From Ginglymostoma cirratum (lineage: Eukaryota): a DNA stretch of 64,000 nucleotides. Position 1 is the first letter of the stretch, and each line of letters opens with the position of its first letter. A program made the position numbers and the translations under genes. The notes beneath the pieces were generated by a model. It did not search any database. It saw nothing but the letters and a program-made list of their open reading frames with translations, and was not told the DNA's origin. Shown piece after piece: positions 14,340 through 28,159 of the stretch. The stretch covers positions 24,604,911 through 24,668,910 of the forward strand of contig JAHRHZ010000065.1 of assembly GCA_024137785.1 (NCBI GenBank). Direction: 5' to 3'.

Positions 14340-15055
14340 GTTATAACTGGACTGGAACAGCTTGACCAGGGGAGCAGCAAGTTCTAGAGCACAAGTCATC
14401 AGTACTATTGCTGAAATGTTCTCAGGACCCATAGTCTTTACAGTATCCAGGGCCTCCAATTGTTTCTTGATATCACATGGAATCGAATTGTCTGAAGACT
14501 GGTATCTGTATTGCTGGGGACCACCAGAGGAGGTTGAGATGATTCATCCACTTGACACTTCTACCTGGAGATTGCTGTGAATTCATCAGCCTTAACTTTT
14601 GCACTAATGTGCTGGGGTCTTCCATCACTGAGGATAGGAGTATTTGTGACACCTCCTCTTCCTCCTTCAGTGAACTGTTTAATTGTCCACCACTATTTAT
14701 GACTGGGTGTGGCAGAGCTGCAGAGCTTAAATATAATCTGTTAAAATTCTTTAAGGAAACAATGAGCAAATTAGACAAAGAAGAGCAGTGAATGTGATAC
14801 ATTTGGATTTCCAGAAGGCCTTTGACAAGGTGCCACACAGGAGGCTGCTAAATAAGATATGTAAAAGGGGCAAGGTATTGGTATGGATGGAGGCTTAGCT
14901 GACTGGCAGAAGGCAGTGAGTAGGGATAAAGGGTTCTTTTTCAGGATGGCAGCCAGTGACTAGTGGAGGGTCAGTGTTGGGACCACAACTATTCACATTA
15001 TATATTAATTATCTGGACAAAGGAACTGAGGGCATTCTTTGTTAAGTTTGCAAAT
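14340..15055. mobile_element. Two CR1 fragments (minus 14340-14720, plus 14735-15055)
   Basis: GPENISAIVL..ALELAAPL on the minus strand; LDFQKAFDKVPHRRLL on the plus strand. Confidence 0.7.
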
Positions 15056-15179
15056 TCTTTCATTCTCCTTTCATGCAAGCTTTTTTGGAAACCTGCAAAT
15101 GCAACAAGGATTTTGTGTGAGAAAGCAAGAGGTGCATGTTTGCATTATTTGCAGTTTGAAAATCAGAAGAGATCATAGG

Positions 15180-15900
15180 ATGAGGGAGAAGTGAAATGCG
15201 AGAAGGGAGAATGATCCTTGAGCATGCTTTCATCTTCCATCTTTTGAATCCCACTGCTGTCCATGATCTCCATCATGACTACTCCAATAATGCTAATGCT
15301 GTCCTCCCCATGGAGCTAAGGATATACAGCCATTCCTGTCCCAGCTGACTGGGTGATGCTGCCTCTTTCGATGTGTCTCTTTGACCTGTATGAGAGAGGA
15401 ACATTTGTCAATGAGCATGGTGTAATGTGCAGTTGAATAACTGGCAATGAATGCCATCTGTCACCTGTGAGTATGAAGCTTACTTTAGTAGTAAGTATGT
15501 GAGCATGAGGTGAAGTTATGAATGGGAAACTCACGGTTTATTTATAAAGATAGAGTAGGAGAATGCTTTTACTGACCTTGAGCTCCCAAATGAGGTCATT
15601 AAGCTTCTTTCTGCACTGTATCCAATCATCAGCACTAAACTGCTTGGCGGTAATGGCAATCTGCACCCCATGCCTTTACAAAGTTTGTCTGAAGGGTGTT
15701 CTGGCCTTCCTTTAACAATGTCAGAACACCCTCGTGTATGCTTTTTTCTTGGCTGCTCCATAATTACTCTTCTTGTAGGTTGATTCTTTTCCCCAACTAC
15801 TTCCAGAACTTGCTCCAGTCTAAATGCAGTTCTCCTTTCAGAGGTGCATTATTTAAGTTTAGTACAAACTTTAAGTATTGCAAGCTAACTTTAATAAGCT
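15180..15900 (-). mobile_element. Degenerate PIF/Harbinger-type Myb/SANT remnant
   Basis: Frameshifted minus-strand peptide ..AW....WIQCRKKLNDL, resembling the Myb/SANT-like DNA-binding proteins of Harbinger elements. Confidence 0.4.
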
Positions 15901-17066
15901 GCTGCTGCAGCACCACTTGAACACTAACAGAGGCATGCGGCCATTCAATATAGGGTTGCCATCTACTATCATTTGCACTAGCAAGCAGTAGGAAACTTAA
16001 AGTACTGGGTCTGGATTAATCCCTTATTGCAATCCCCATGCCTGGTTTTGATAGGTATCATACTACTACCATATATAGAGAACTAAAGACACACTCAAGT
16101 GCTCTGCTTGTTAACTGGAATGAAAAAAGTATACAAAATACTCAAAATACAGAAGGTTAGAAAGTTCATTTTGACAGGACCTTAATTTAAAATCAAAAAC
16201 AAAAGATGAACAATAAAATCAAGATACTTCAATGACAGAACTCATGGATGAATAACTTGCAACCTGCTTTTAAAGAAAAGATTTGACCATAAAATTGTTT
16301 CACAATGACGTTAATGAAACCAAGAAACATACAGATGTGCGAAACACTGTGGTAAAGGGCATGAAATGAGAAAGTTGAAAAGGAATAAGAAAACAGAAAT
16401 GAAATTAAGATGCCTGACACACAGTTGCATCAGTGCTGCAAGGAAAGCACATGCAGCAATACTAAACAGAGACATATATCTTCCCATTCTCACAGAAACA
16501 TGTTTTGATGAAAGTTTGCATTCAGAATGTCAGTGTCCGATCATGACAGACTTCTAACCATTACCGCAATTGTCCGACATCACGAGATACAATGAAGTTG
16601 CGCAAATGGTTGTCATTAATAAGGTCATGAAACTCAAATTAATGTTTCAGAAAAAGTTGTAACTCAGAAGGAAGTAAGCGAACAATAGGTCTTGCAAGAT
16701 ATGGGTGGAAGTGTTTTTAAACAGCTCTAGGTAAAGATGAGAGGTGACTTAAAGCGTGAGCTCTAAACCAAGCAGGATCACAGTTAACCAGATAGGAGAC
16801 CACATGCTACTTATGCTCGATTGCAATAGGTGTTGTACAATCTTCTTACTGATCCATCTTTGACCTCCACAAAACTTAGTGGTGCATGCTAGAAATAGGT
16901 TCTGCCTGCTTCAACTAGTACTAATTGGCTGCTGGCTCTATGCAATTTCCACATGATTTTTGGCCTTTGAAAACTGGAAAACTGCAGTGGAATTCAAATG
17001 AGGCCAGTATCTGAGGAAGGCTCAAGCCACTTAACAATTTGGCAGTGGCTATGTACAGCTAACATG

Positions 17067-17076
17067 NNNNNNNNNN
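17067..17076. other. Assembly gap (10 N)
   Basis: Run of N. Confidence 1.
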
Positions 17077-18224
17077 TCTATGCTACTTCTTCTTTCTATG
17101 CCACGAGAGATGCTACAGTTGGGGGAATGGCTTGTGCACTTGATTAACATTTTGGTGGAAAATATTTCTCAGGAGAAGGAGGAAGATTAGGAAATCTATG
17201 CCATTGATGTTTTTGACTACTCTGTCTGAATTATTGCATAGTTGTGCATTTCGAGTTTCATATTTAGTTCTTTCAATTTCTTCATTTCCTTTTCTTGGTA
17301 TTTGAATTGGATGTAATTTGATTTCTTTAATGTTTTGTACTATTCACGCGATCTTTTGTAATAGTCTACAAGTCATTCAACTCATTATTTCCCTGAATGA
17401 ATTTTCACCCTGCTCACATCTCCCTTTTTTCCTGTTTCTATCAATGTGTTGTTCACCTTTTTCTTTTATGAGTATTAAAGAGGGGTTCCATTCAAATGTT
17501 AACCTTTTGGTATTTACAGTACTTTGTTCTTAAATTATATTTGTTGATTTATGTGTTTAAGCTGATTAGAGTCCAATTTGTGTTTGCCTACTCAATGTAG
17601 GCATATTTACCCATTCACCAGCCCCGTTCAGAGCATAAACTTAACATATAAATGACAATTAACTGAAATGAAAAGTCAATATCATGCTATGTGGGATTTT
17701 GAAATTGATTTCTATTTACATTGCCATGATTCCGCACAATATGCCAACAAGTATTAAATAATACCAAAATGTGTCCATGTCCTAGTTTCGACGTTTTAGT
17801 TGACAAGCAGTGAATGATGTTAACAGCTGCAGTCACCAGTCTTCAGGCACAAATACACAGTCATGCTCAAATCCATGAATCAATAAATGGAGTCATTCAC
17901 TTGTTTAATAATATGAGCACGGGAAATTTCAACTGCCTTTCCAAAGGGGACTCACTGGTGCTATAATAAACTGTGTCATGAATTGGTTTGCACTTACAAC
18001 TTCCAATGAATGGAAATCAATGACCTTGCCTGTGCCACCTTAGTGAAATCAAACAAAAACTATCCAATAAACCTACCAGGTTGTTCTCTAAAATCTCTTG
18101 AGTATCTCAAAAGTAGTGTTGGTCGAGGGCCTACAGCAAGGTTCTTGCCAGATAGCTGATAAGTAACTGCATGGAAGGGAGAGGAAGAAGCACCAAAATA
18201 TTTTAAAATTTAAATTTAAATTAA

Positions 18225-19080
18225 GTCAGAAACGGGATGTTTGCTGATGATTTCGCAGTGTTCTGTTTCATTTGCGCCTTCTTATATACTGAAGCAGTAC
18301 CTGCCAGCATACAGCAAGACACGTACCACATTCATGCTTAAGGGGTTAAATGGCAAGTAATCCTTGCCCTAAACAAATGCTAGGAAATGGCCATCTCCAA
18401 GAAGAAAGAATTTAACTATTTCCAGTTGATATTCAATAGCATTGTTATTGTTGAATCCTTCACTATCAACATTTTGGAGGTTTACCTATAACCAGAAACA
18501 GAACTGGACTATTCAAATAAACATTCCGGCAATAAGACCAAGTCAGAGGCTCGGAATTTTGTAATAAGTAATTCATCACCTGAATTTCCAAATCCTATCC
18601 ATTATCTACAAGGCATGATTCTGGAGTATGATGGAATACTCTCTATTTATCTGAAAGAGTCCAACTTTAACAATGTTCGAGGAAGCTTGATGCCAGCCAC
18701 GACTAAGCAGCCCATTCACCACCTTAAACATTTATTCCTTCTGTTACTGGTTCATTGCAGCAGTAGTGTGCCATCAGCCATATGATGCACTGCAGCAATC
18801 TGTTAAGCTTCCTTAAACTTTTCAAATCCATAACATCCAACAACTAGAAACAGAAGGACAACAGAGGGAATGGGAGCATCACCACCTGCAATTTCCACTC
18901 CAAGCCACACATCATCTTAACATGGAATTATATCACCATTTCTTCACTGTTGCGAGATCAAAAGCCTAATCTCTGTACGTACACCACGTGGACATGCAGC
19001 TCACCACCACTTTCTCCAGAACAGTTGGGATGAACAAAAAATCCTGGCCTTGTTAGTGATGCTTACACCTGATGAGCTAA
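18225..19080 (+). mobile_element. Degenerate CR1/L2-clade LINE 3' fragment
   Basis: FADD, KWQV, IYKA..MEYS; 3' tail gcagctcaccaccac. Related copy at 61190-61720. Confidence 0.7.
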
Positions 19081-20299
19081 GAGAAAAACAGGTAAAAATT
19101 AATTCAAAGAATCATTGATAAACAAGTATTAAGCGTGTTATGAAAAGAATCAAATAATTTATTTTAATCAAGATGCCCTCATGATTTCTGTGCTACTGGC
19201 TTGCATGGAGAACTTTGGCATTCCTAAATGAGTACAAGCAGAAAAAGTATACAAGATAAACAAAATTCCTGACTGCATCCAATGGACCTGATTCCAGTTT
19301 GTATGTCAATGCTGATGTCTGTTATGTCTGGTTAGAATGTGCTCAGTATTAGCTGTTCTTAGGAAGCCATCTGTCTGATGTGGATATTAATGTAGCTCTG
19401 TTCAAAAGTTGGCACGACAGCCGTAACTGTTTGGTCAGACTGGAATTTACTGGACCAGCAGTCAAACAGAGCTCCTCAGTGTTTCTGTAACACACCCTGC
19501 ATGTTACTAGAAGTGAATCTTCTCAACATATTTCATACACAATTTATTTTTTAAAAATATGATTTTCCTACTTCAAGATTGATATGAACCCTTTTGGCCA
19601 CCCATGATTACTGTTCTGTGATGCAAGTTGTTTTCTGTCATTTTGTATTTTATAAAGATGCTTTATTGTATGAACCAATGAATAAATAGCATGTGCTTCA
19701 AAGTCTGATGTGAAGGAATTGTACATCATGAGCCATCAGTGTCACATAACAAAATTCCGACAGGCACCAGCGAAGACGCCTATAAACTCATGATGAAGCA
19801 TCAATAGCTCTAACAGCTACAGAAAATCAACATTTTTAGAAGTGTTCATTTGGAACTTGACATTCCTGTCATGCTGCAAATTGAAGTCAGACTAGGGCGA
19901 AGAAGGGGACTCAAATTTGATGTGTTGGAAAGTTCGATATTATTATGGTTGGAGAAATGTTTTTATAGTGATCTCAAAGAAATCAATAATAACCTAGAAA
20001 TCAAAAAGTGTCTTCTAGAGACAACCTGAGAGTATTTTGGTACATTTGAGTCATTCCTTCCAATGGACTAGAAGTCTATACGGCTGCAATGATTATGTCT
20101 GCACTGTATGAGATACTAAGGACTGTGGCCTGGGCTTTTAGCATAAAGATATCAACAGCTGCAAACTTACAAATCCCATAATATAAGCAGACAGAATCTG
20201 AGTATTCCAGAGTACTGTGATGAATAACTGGACATAGCAAAGAAATGAGATTATATTTGTCACTGTCACTGAGATGTAATAATTCTCTCCATATGACTG

Positions 20300-20900
20300 C
20301 AAGTATTCTTACAAAGCAATATGCTGACAGATAAGGCAGTGTTTAATGTATAAGCTCTGGTTAGGCCACAAAGTGAGTTTTGTGCCAGTGTGCAATACCC
20401 TACTTCAGGAATGATGTGAGGATGCATTGGGTAGGTGCAGAGGAGATTTACCAGAATAACTCCAGGAAGGAGAAGGCTTAGTCTCAAGGTTAGGTTGGAA
20501 AGGCTGGGATTGGTCTTCTTGGAGCAAAGGAGATTGAGATGAGGTGAAATAGAGGCGTACAAGATTGTGACAGGATTAGATAAAGAAACAGGGAAAATTC
20601 TTCCCATCATGTAATAAGAGAAGGACTAGAGGGTACATTCAAGATCTCTGGCAAGAGATGCATGGGTATAGTGAGAAATGACTTTTTTAATGCAGTGAGT
20701 GGCAATGACTTGGAGCTCAATGTACTTGAGGATGGTGGAAGTGGAACCAATCAACGGTTACAGAAGGAAATTGGATGGCACTTGAAGGAAATAAATTTGC
20801 AAGTTTAGGGGATTAAGTGAAAGGGTGGGATTGACTGGATTCCTCTGTGGCAAACTGACTTGATGGGCTGAATGGCCTCTTTCTGCATCACAAATAAAGC
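20300..20900 (+). mobile_element. CR1 LINE 3' fragment
   Basis: YKLWLG/VRP, VQRRFTR, RLERLGL. Confidence 0.75.
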
Positions 20901-23039
20901 TGGGACTAAGTAACTGAATGGTATGAGCTGGTCAGCAGCATGGAATTAACATCCCAACTCATATCCAGTTATCAGGTTTTGGAGCGTTAGGGGAGTGTCT
21001 TTCAGGCCTGCTTTTTTCAAACTGCATCTTTTGTTTCCACAGTTATTAACTATCATGCATCTATATGATGAGGAAAATGTTACACACATCCAGAAAAGAA
21101 GAAACTTTAGGAAGGTAATTTTCACTTCTGCTACTAGGACAAAACTAATTTGAATCAGATTCCATAATGGTAAGTAATCCATTATGAACAGTTTAATTGC
21201 AATGAAGGTAAAAGCTCACCCTGCTATCTGTGTCAATTCTCAGTGCAGGTTGGAAATTTCTGCTTTCAATTCTGTTTCACGATCACAAGCCAAAACCTCA
21301 ATGGAAATGAAAACAAAGCCCAGCACATGGCATTGAAGCACCTGATCATAAACACTTATTTTGCACTCCTGCCACAGTTGAACTTATTCCCAGGTACAGG
21401 TCACTAGGAGAAGCAGATTACTTCCTGTTTGAATCCACACAACTCCAACTGGCCCTAAAGCATGGAGTTCTATCTGTGGCTCAGCCAAAACTACAGGAAA
21501 GGCCAATACAAATGTGGGCATCCAGTGCTTGTGAAAGAGGTCACTGATGACCCCTTACCTCATGTAAACTCTTCCAAATCTTGATTTGACATGATTAAAC
21601 TTGATGGATTGGAATTAAAATATTTTCCAACCTTCAGGGCACATTTCACAAAGTGAGAACAGCATAAATTTTATTCACTGAGCTATGCAGAATTAGAAAG
21701 GATGCTTTTGATTGTGCAATTTAAAGTGGTTCATTCAGACAAAAGAACCAGGTCCATCCAGCTCTGTCTTTTTTTAAAAATAAATTCATTAGCATGCAAA
21801 ACTAAATGATATTTGGAACAAATTAACCAAGAGTAAGTACCTTTGATAAAATCTACAAACTGCAGTATGCTGTATAAGACACTGTATCTGAAGCTATCAC
21901 AAAATAAATTCTGCCCATCTGGATGAAGGGCTTTTCCTAGGATGAGCTAACTAACATTCTCTTTGTGCCCGTGAGTTCTACATATGTTCACCAGAGGGTG
22001 TATAGTGCTTCATTGGCTTTCCTCAGCGTTGAAGTAGTAATGCATGCTTACATTGAACCTGGCAGTCTCACAAAAAAATCCAAGTATCTCAGATGTAATG
22101 TAATTATCTACTAAATAAATGTAAGAAAACATATGTACTGTTCATCAAAGTAGAACTTTCTGTTCCCCATATTGTATAAGTAGCTTAGACTGCTACCAGC
22201 TGGAAAGGTTCGTGGCAGTCAATCTACCCAAGGCAGTCAATCTATTAAGCAGAAACCAATACAAGTCATTAGATTCTGCAGAGGCAGAGACATGTACATA
22301 AGATCACAGTTGTTGAAAATGTATAATCAGGACACTGTCTTGTGAATTTATTTGTCTTCTTATATTTATAAATGCTTGGTTTGAAATGCTGATTGCCGAT
22401 TTTGAAGGAACTTCACCCATTCTGTTTCTTGCAACGGTGCATGTCATCCCTGGACAATGGAATACATAAAGAACTAACTTATATGCCTCTCCTAATGCTG
22501 CTTTGAACATCTGAGCTAGCAAGTTTAAAATGGTGCATTGAGCTACCTCATCCACCCTGTAAGAACAGTGTTTTCTAATGTTGCAGGGCTGAAATAGGGA
22601 ACTCATTATCTCTCATTGTTAAAGCATGTGCCCTAATGATACTGCATGAACCTCCTCTTTTCAGGTTTAAAATAGAGCAAAACAGCAAGCGAGACAAAAT
22701 AGTGCAAGAGAGCAGCAGAGGTGAATGACAGTATGACAGAATAGTGCAAGGGAACAGGGGAGACTTAAAACAATGCAAGAGAGTGGCAGAGACATATAAT
22801 AAGAAGCAGGGGCTGGCACTAGGGCTGGGACTCAGACTCTGTCATGACCAATTACTTTGAGAGAAAAGATTCAGAAGTTTTGCAACAGATAAAACAAACA
22901 AATGATTGGTTAGTCAACATTCTGCTTATTTATCTTTCAGAACAAAGATAATTCATTAGTAATTGTAAGGTTTTTTTCAAGTGTTGGTAAAGTTTCTATT
23001 GTTATAAAATGTATTGATTGCATAGTAGAGTTATTGACT

Positions 23040-23885
23040 ATAAAGGCAGATTATTATCTTAATAGCTATAAATTAAGAGAGGGGAATGTGCAACAAGACC
23101 CTTGAACACCAGTTATTGAAACAAGCATGAAGGTGCAGTAGATAATCAAAAAGGCAGATGGAATGTTGACCTTCATAGCAAGAGGTTTTGAGTACGGGAG
23201 CAGAGATTATCTTGCTGCAATTATACAGGGTCTTTGTGAGACCGCACCTGGAGTATTATGTGCAGTTTTAGTCTCTTCATCTGAGGAAGGATGCTCCTCT
23301 TATAGGAGTTCAGTGAAGGCTTACCAGTTCCTGAGATGGCAGACTGACATATGAGGACAAGTTGAATTGGTTATGATTACATTCACTGGAGTTGAGAAGA
23401 ACAAGGAAGGATCTCACAGAAACTTGGAAAATTCTAACAAGTCTACACAAGGTAGATGCAGAAAGAATGTTCCCAATGGAGCAGAAGTCCAGCACCAGGG
23501 ATTGTAGTCTAAGAATACTGGCTAAACCATTTAGGACTGAGATAAGGAGAGATGTTTTCGCCCAGGGAGTGGTGAGCCTGTGGAATTCACTACCATAATA
23601 AGTACTCAAGGCCAAAACTTTCTTTGATTTCAAGAAGGAGTTGGATATAGCACTTGGGGCTAAAGGGATCGAAGGATATGGGCGGAAAGCACAACAGCTA
23701 TTGAGTTGGATACAGTAAGAACTGCTGATGCTGGAGTCAGAGATAACACAGTGTGGATCTGGAGGAACACAGCAGGTCAGGCAGCGTCAGAGGACCCGGA
23801 TGAGCAGCCATGATCATAATGAATGGCACAGCAGGCTCAAAGAGCTGAGTAGCCTACTCCTGCTCCTATTTTCTATGTTTCTAAT
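23040..23885 (+). mobile_element. CR1 LINE 3' fragment with a nested Penelope-tail fragment (about 23715-23795)
   Basis: KADGMLTFIARGFEY, VVSLWNSLP; nested ctgatgctggagtcagagataac. Confidence 0.8.
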
Positions 23886-24551
23886 AAATACATTTCTTAA
23901 AAAAACACAAGTATTAGATTGTAAACAAAATTACTCATTAAAGATACAACGATTTGTTAACATACACAGTTAGTAAAATTAAAGTATAAATGCTTATCCC
24001 TTTAAGTTCTCTCAAAACACGTGCACTCTCTTCAGGAAAAGAGGAGAAAAAAAGATTTATTGGCATAGACTGGCTTTCAGATTTTTTAAAGGCGGCTATT
24101 GAATTAGTCTTAAAGGCAAAAGGACAAAGCATAGGATGTTCCAGACTCTGTTGCTCTGATAGTCTGGCACATCTGGCCAAGTCTCCAAAATCTTGTAGAC
24201 ACAGCTTATTCAGGAAATATAATCTTGAGGTGTTTCTTCAATCACTCATTTAAATGGATTCAAAAAGATGGTTTTCTTTTCACAAATGAGAGAGATCTGC
24301 TGAGTAGTTTGTTCTTAACAAACTCTTCCAGCTCAGCTTGATCTTAAAATGCTCACGACCCCCCCACCCCCAACTCAGCCAGATAAAATAACCTTCCCAG
24401 GCCAATCACTGGTCAAAAACAACCCCAGGTTTACAGCAAAACAAGCAGTTATCACCAGTCCTGTGATTTACAGGATGTCTTGTTTTAAAAAGCCCTCCAA
24501 AGTCCATAGTGAATCTTCAATTACCTCATTTAAGGAAACCATTCCTTTGTA

Positions 24552-24875
24552 GGTGACACAGTGGATCAGTGGTTAGCACTGCTACCTCACAGCATCAGGA
24601 ACATGAGTTCAATCCCACCCTTAGGCAACTGTCTGTGTGGAGTATGTAAATTCTCCCTGTGTCTGTCTGGGTTTCCTCTCACAGTCCAAAGTTGTGCAGA
24701 TTAGGTGGCTTGGCCGTGTTAAATTACTCACAGTTTCCAGAGATGTGCAGGCTAGGTGGATTAGCAGTGGGAAATGCAGGGTTACAGGGATTAGGTAGGG
24801 TGTCAATCTGGGTGTAACTCTTTTTGGAGGTATGGGCCAAATGGCCTGATTGCATACTGTAGGGATTCTACGATT
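24552..24875 (+). mobile_element. HE1-like tRNA-derived V-SINE
   Basis: A box tggatcagtgg, B box gttcaatcc, V-SINE core tgtgtggag..ggtttcctc.cacagtccaaa. Confidence 0.85.
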
Positions 24876-24942
24876 CCAGGTCCTTCCTCAAAACTTGAAA
24901 TTCATTTCCCTTAAGTCCTCCAAGCAATGCTAAATACAGTGT

Positions 24943-26018
24943 ATCAGAGATAATAGGAACTGCAGATGCTGGAGAATCTGAGATAACAAGGTGTGGAGCT
25001 GGATGAACACAGCAGGCCAAGCAGCATCATAGAAGCAGGAAAGCTTGACATTTCGGGCCGAGACCCTTCATCAGAAATGGGGGAGGGGAAGAGGGTTCTG
25101 AAATAAATAGGGAGAGAGGGGGAGGCGGATAGAGGATGGATAGAGGAGAGGATAGGTGGAGAGGAGACAGACAAGTCAAAGAGGCGGGGATGGAGCCAGT
25201 AAAGGTGAGTGTAGGTGGGGAAGTAGGGAGGAGATAGGTCAGTCTAGGGAGGACAGACAGGTCAGGGGGGCGGGATGAGGTTAGTAGGTAGGAGATGGGG
25301 GTGGGGCTTGAGGTGGGAGGAGTGGATAGGTGAGAGGAAGAACAGGTTAGGGAGGCGGGGACGAGCTGGGCTGGTTTTGGGATGCGTTTGGGGGAGGGGA
25401 GATTTTGAAGCTTGTGAAATCCACATTGATACCATTGGGCTGCAGGGTTCCCAGGCTAAATATGAGTTGCTGTTCCTGCAGCCTTCGGGTGGCATCGTTG
25501 TGGCACTGCAGGAGGCCCAGGATGGACATGTCATCTGAGGAATGGGAGGGGGAGTTGAAATGGTTCGCGACTGGGAGGTGCAATTGTATGTTGCGAACCG
25601 AGCGCAGGTGTTCTGCAAAGCGGTCCCCAAGCCTCCGCTTGGTTTCCCCGATGTAGAGGAGGCCACAATGGGTACAGCGGATACAGTATACCACATTGGC
25701 AGATGTGCAGGTGAACATCTGCTTGACGTGGAAAGTCTTCTTGGGGCCTGGGGTGGGGGTGAGGGAGGAGGTGTAGGGGCAGGTGCAGCACTTCCTGCAG
25801 TTGCAGGATTTCACAAGCTTCAAAATCTTCCCTCCCTCAACCGCACCCCAAAACCAGCCCAGCTCAATCCGCCTTCCCCTCTCTCCCTATTTATTTCAGA
25901 ACCCTCTTCCCCTCCCCCATTTCTGAAGAAGGGTCTAGGCCCGAAACATCAAGCTTTCCTGCTCCTATGATGCTGCTTGGCCTGCTGTGTTCATCCAGCT
26001 CCACACCTTGTTATCTCT
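24943..26018 (-). mobile_element. Penelope-like element 3' fragment (GIY-YIG) with an inverted pseudo-LTR
   Basis: ORF 25347-25823 contains VVYCIRCTHCGLLYIGETKRRLGDRFAEH. The terminal segment recurs in inverted orientation from about 25807. 16-bp TSD atgctaaatayagtgt (24927-24942 / 26019-26034). Confidence 0.92.
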
Positions 26019-26689
26019 ATGCTAAATATAGTGTGTCCTTGTTACATAAAATAAGAATGGCTAGGCAGGTGAGGTGCTGTAACTGCAAGTGCATATATAT
26101 CTGCAATGAATGGCTGTGGTTGGAGGGACAATGATTCAGAGTTTATGAGCTGAGGCCAAGCTGCAGATCCTGTTGCATATCAGAGAGAGCAAAAGTTACC
26201 TGGACACTTTATTCCAGGAGACAGTTATATTTCTTAGAATAGAGTCTTTTAATTGGGCAGTGATCACAGACAGGAGTGCGCAACTGTGAATGAAGCAGTT
26301 AAAGTTGTTGGAGGGTGAGAGTGGAGGAGCCTTGTTATTTTCAATTGTCCAGCAGGTTTTAGATTCTTTCTGGTGGTTTGGATGAGAATGTGTACTGCAG
26401 ATTGGCTGAGCTGACAATAATATTGCAGGACAGGAAGCTATTCAAGCAAAAAGGAATGCAATGCTCGCATGGGACAATATAATGAGGAGAATGAACAGTG
26501 TTTTCTACAGCAGTGTGAGTCCAGATAACTGTGCTGCCTGCCCAGTCCCATGATTCAGGATATCTGCTCTGGGCTGAAGAGGAATTTCCAGTGGTAATTA
26601 ATACTAATTACTAATTAGTATTAGTAATACTAATTACTATTAGTATAATGGGCAATAATCACTTAGATTCAGGAAAGCAGTATGTGAAA

Positions 26690-27900
26690 ACAGAGATGGG
26701 AGGATCACAATCTTTGATTCACTGAAAAAAATTAAAGATAATATCAAACTTTTAAAAACAGGTGTATAATTAACTGAAGGTCAATGGTAGGTCAGAAGAT
26801 TGGACAGAAAATAAGAAAGAGTAAAGAATGACTAAATGCTTAATAAGGAGAGAAAGATCAGAGTACAGTAGAAAGCTAGTTAGAAGTATATAAACAGATA
26901 GAAAGTGTTTCTATCTTTTTAAGGAACATGTTAACATTGTGAGTTTTGGTGCTGTCGAAAGAAAGTCTGAGAAATTAATCATGACAGTGAGCAAGACAGA
27001 TGTTTGGAATAAGCATTTTGCAATGGTCTTCACCAGGGAAATGACAGGTAGCAAATTGTTGGAGCTGCAGGCAGGCAAAATTCAAGGTCCTGATGAGTTG
27101 GATCTTTGAAGAAATGGCTGGTGAGATATTGGATGTGTTGGTTTTACGTTCCCAAAATTTGCTAGATTTGAGGAAGGAAAATTAGAAATACAATTCATCT
27201 ATTCAAAAGGAGGGAGACAGAAAGCAGAAACTCCATGCTCATTAGCTTACAACAGTAATAGGAAAAATGTTAGAAGCTATTACAAATGTCATTATAGCAG
27301 GGCACCTAGAAAAATTCCAGGCAATCAGTCTCAGAGTTGACATGACACAAAACCACGTTTAACCAATTTGTTGGAGTTCTTTGAAGAAGTAACATGAGCT
27401 GTGGATAAAAGGGAGACAGTGGATGTATTGTACTTAGACGTTTAAAAGGCATTTGCTGTAAAATGTAAGGCATAATATATTGGTATGGATAGATCAGCTA
27501 GTTAACTAGATACAGAGATTAGGCATAAATAGATTACATTCTGGTTAGCAAAATGTAATGAGTGGTTTGGCACACAGATCAGTCTCAACATTTTACAATT
27601 TGGATGAAAGGGCCAAAAGGTATGGTTACTCATTGCTGTTGACACAAAGGTAGGTAAGAATGTAAACTGTGAAGAGGACGTAAGGAATCTACAAAGGGAT
27701 AGTGGTAGGTTAAGTGATTGGGAAAAAAAACTCTGGAAAATGGAGTAGAGTATAGAAAACTGAGAGATTATCCATTTCTGCAGAAAGAATAAGTAGAGAA
27801 TTGTATTCTCGAAATAAAGATAGATTGCAGACAATCTGTCTATTCAAGTCCGTGAATCGCCAAAGGTCCAGTAAGTAGTTAAGGAATTTAATAGAATGTT
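26690..27900 (+). mobile_element. Highly degenerate CR1 ORF2
   Basis: LTNLLEFFEEVT, VDVLYLDV, VDTKVG, NLQRD remnants. Confidence 0.75.
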
Positions 27901-28159
27901 ATTAAAGAATCTCAAATCATAATGAATGATATTCCACTCTTGTAAATGCCAATTTTCAAGGTCAGAGAATTTGTTTGGCAGTAATTATCAGTTTTAAAGT
28001 TGAAAAATATCCTTACTCCTGAATTCATGATTTATTTAATCATGTTTAGTGGGTATGTAAGACAATTTCTTGCTGAGTCAGTTTTGATACTGAGTCTAAT
28101 GTCAAGATACTGTTAAATCCCAGCCTATGGAGCAACAAGATAACTCAGATCACAGTTCT

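Noticed and set aside
16311-16493. Minus ORF with GRYMSLFSIAACAFLAALMQLC, superficially like the CARD19 transmembrane segment
   Set aside because: No credible acceptor or donor flanks it, and hydrophobic peptides arise easily from T-rich DNA.
21558-21682. Acceptor/donor pair on the minus strand
   Set aside because: All three reading frames contain stops.
24552-24625. tRNA-like A/B boxes (also at 37105 and 44087)
   Set aside because: These are SINE heads, not tRNA genes; no cloverleaf, and each is followed by the V-SINE body.
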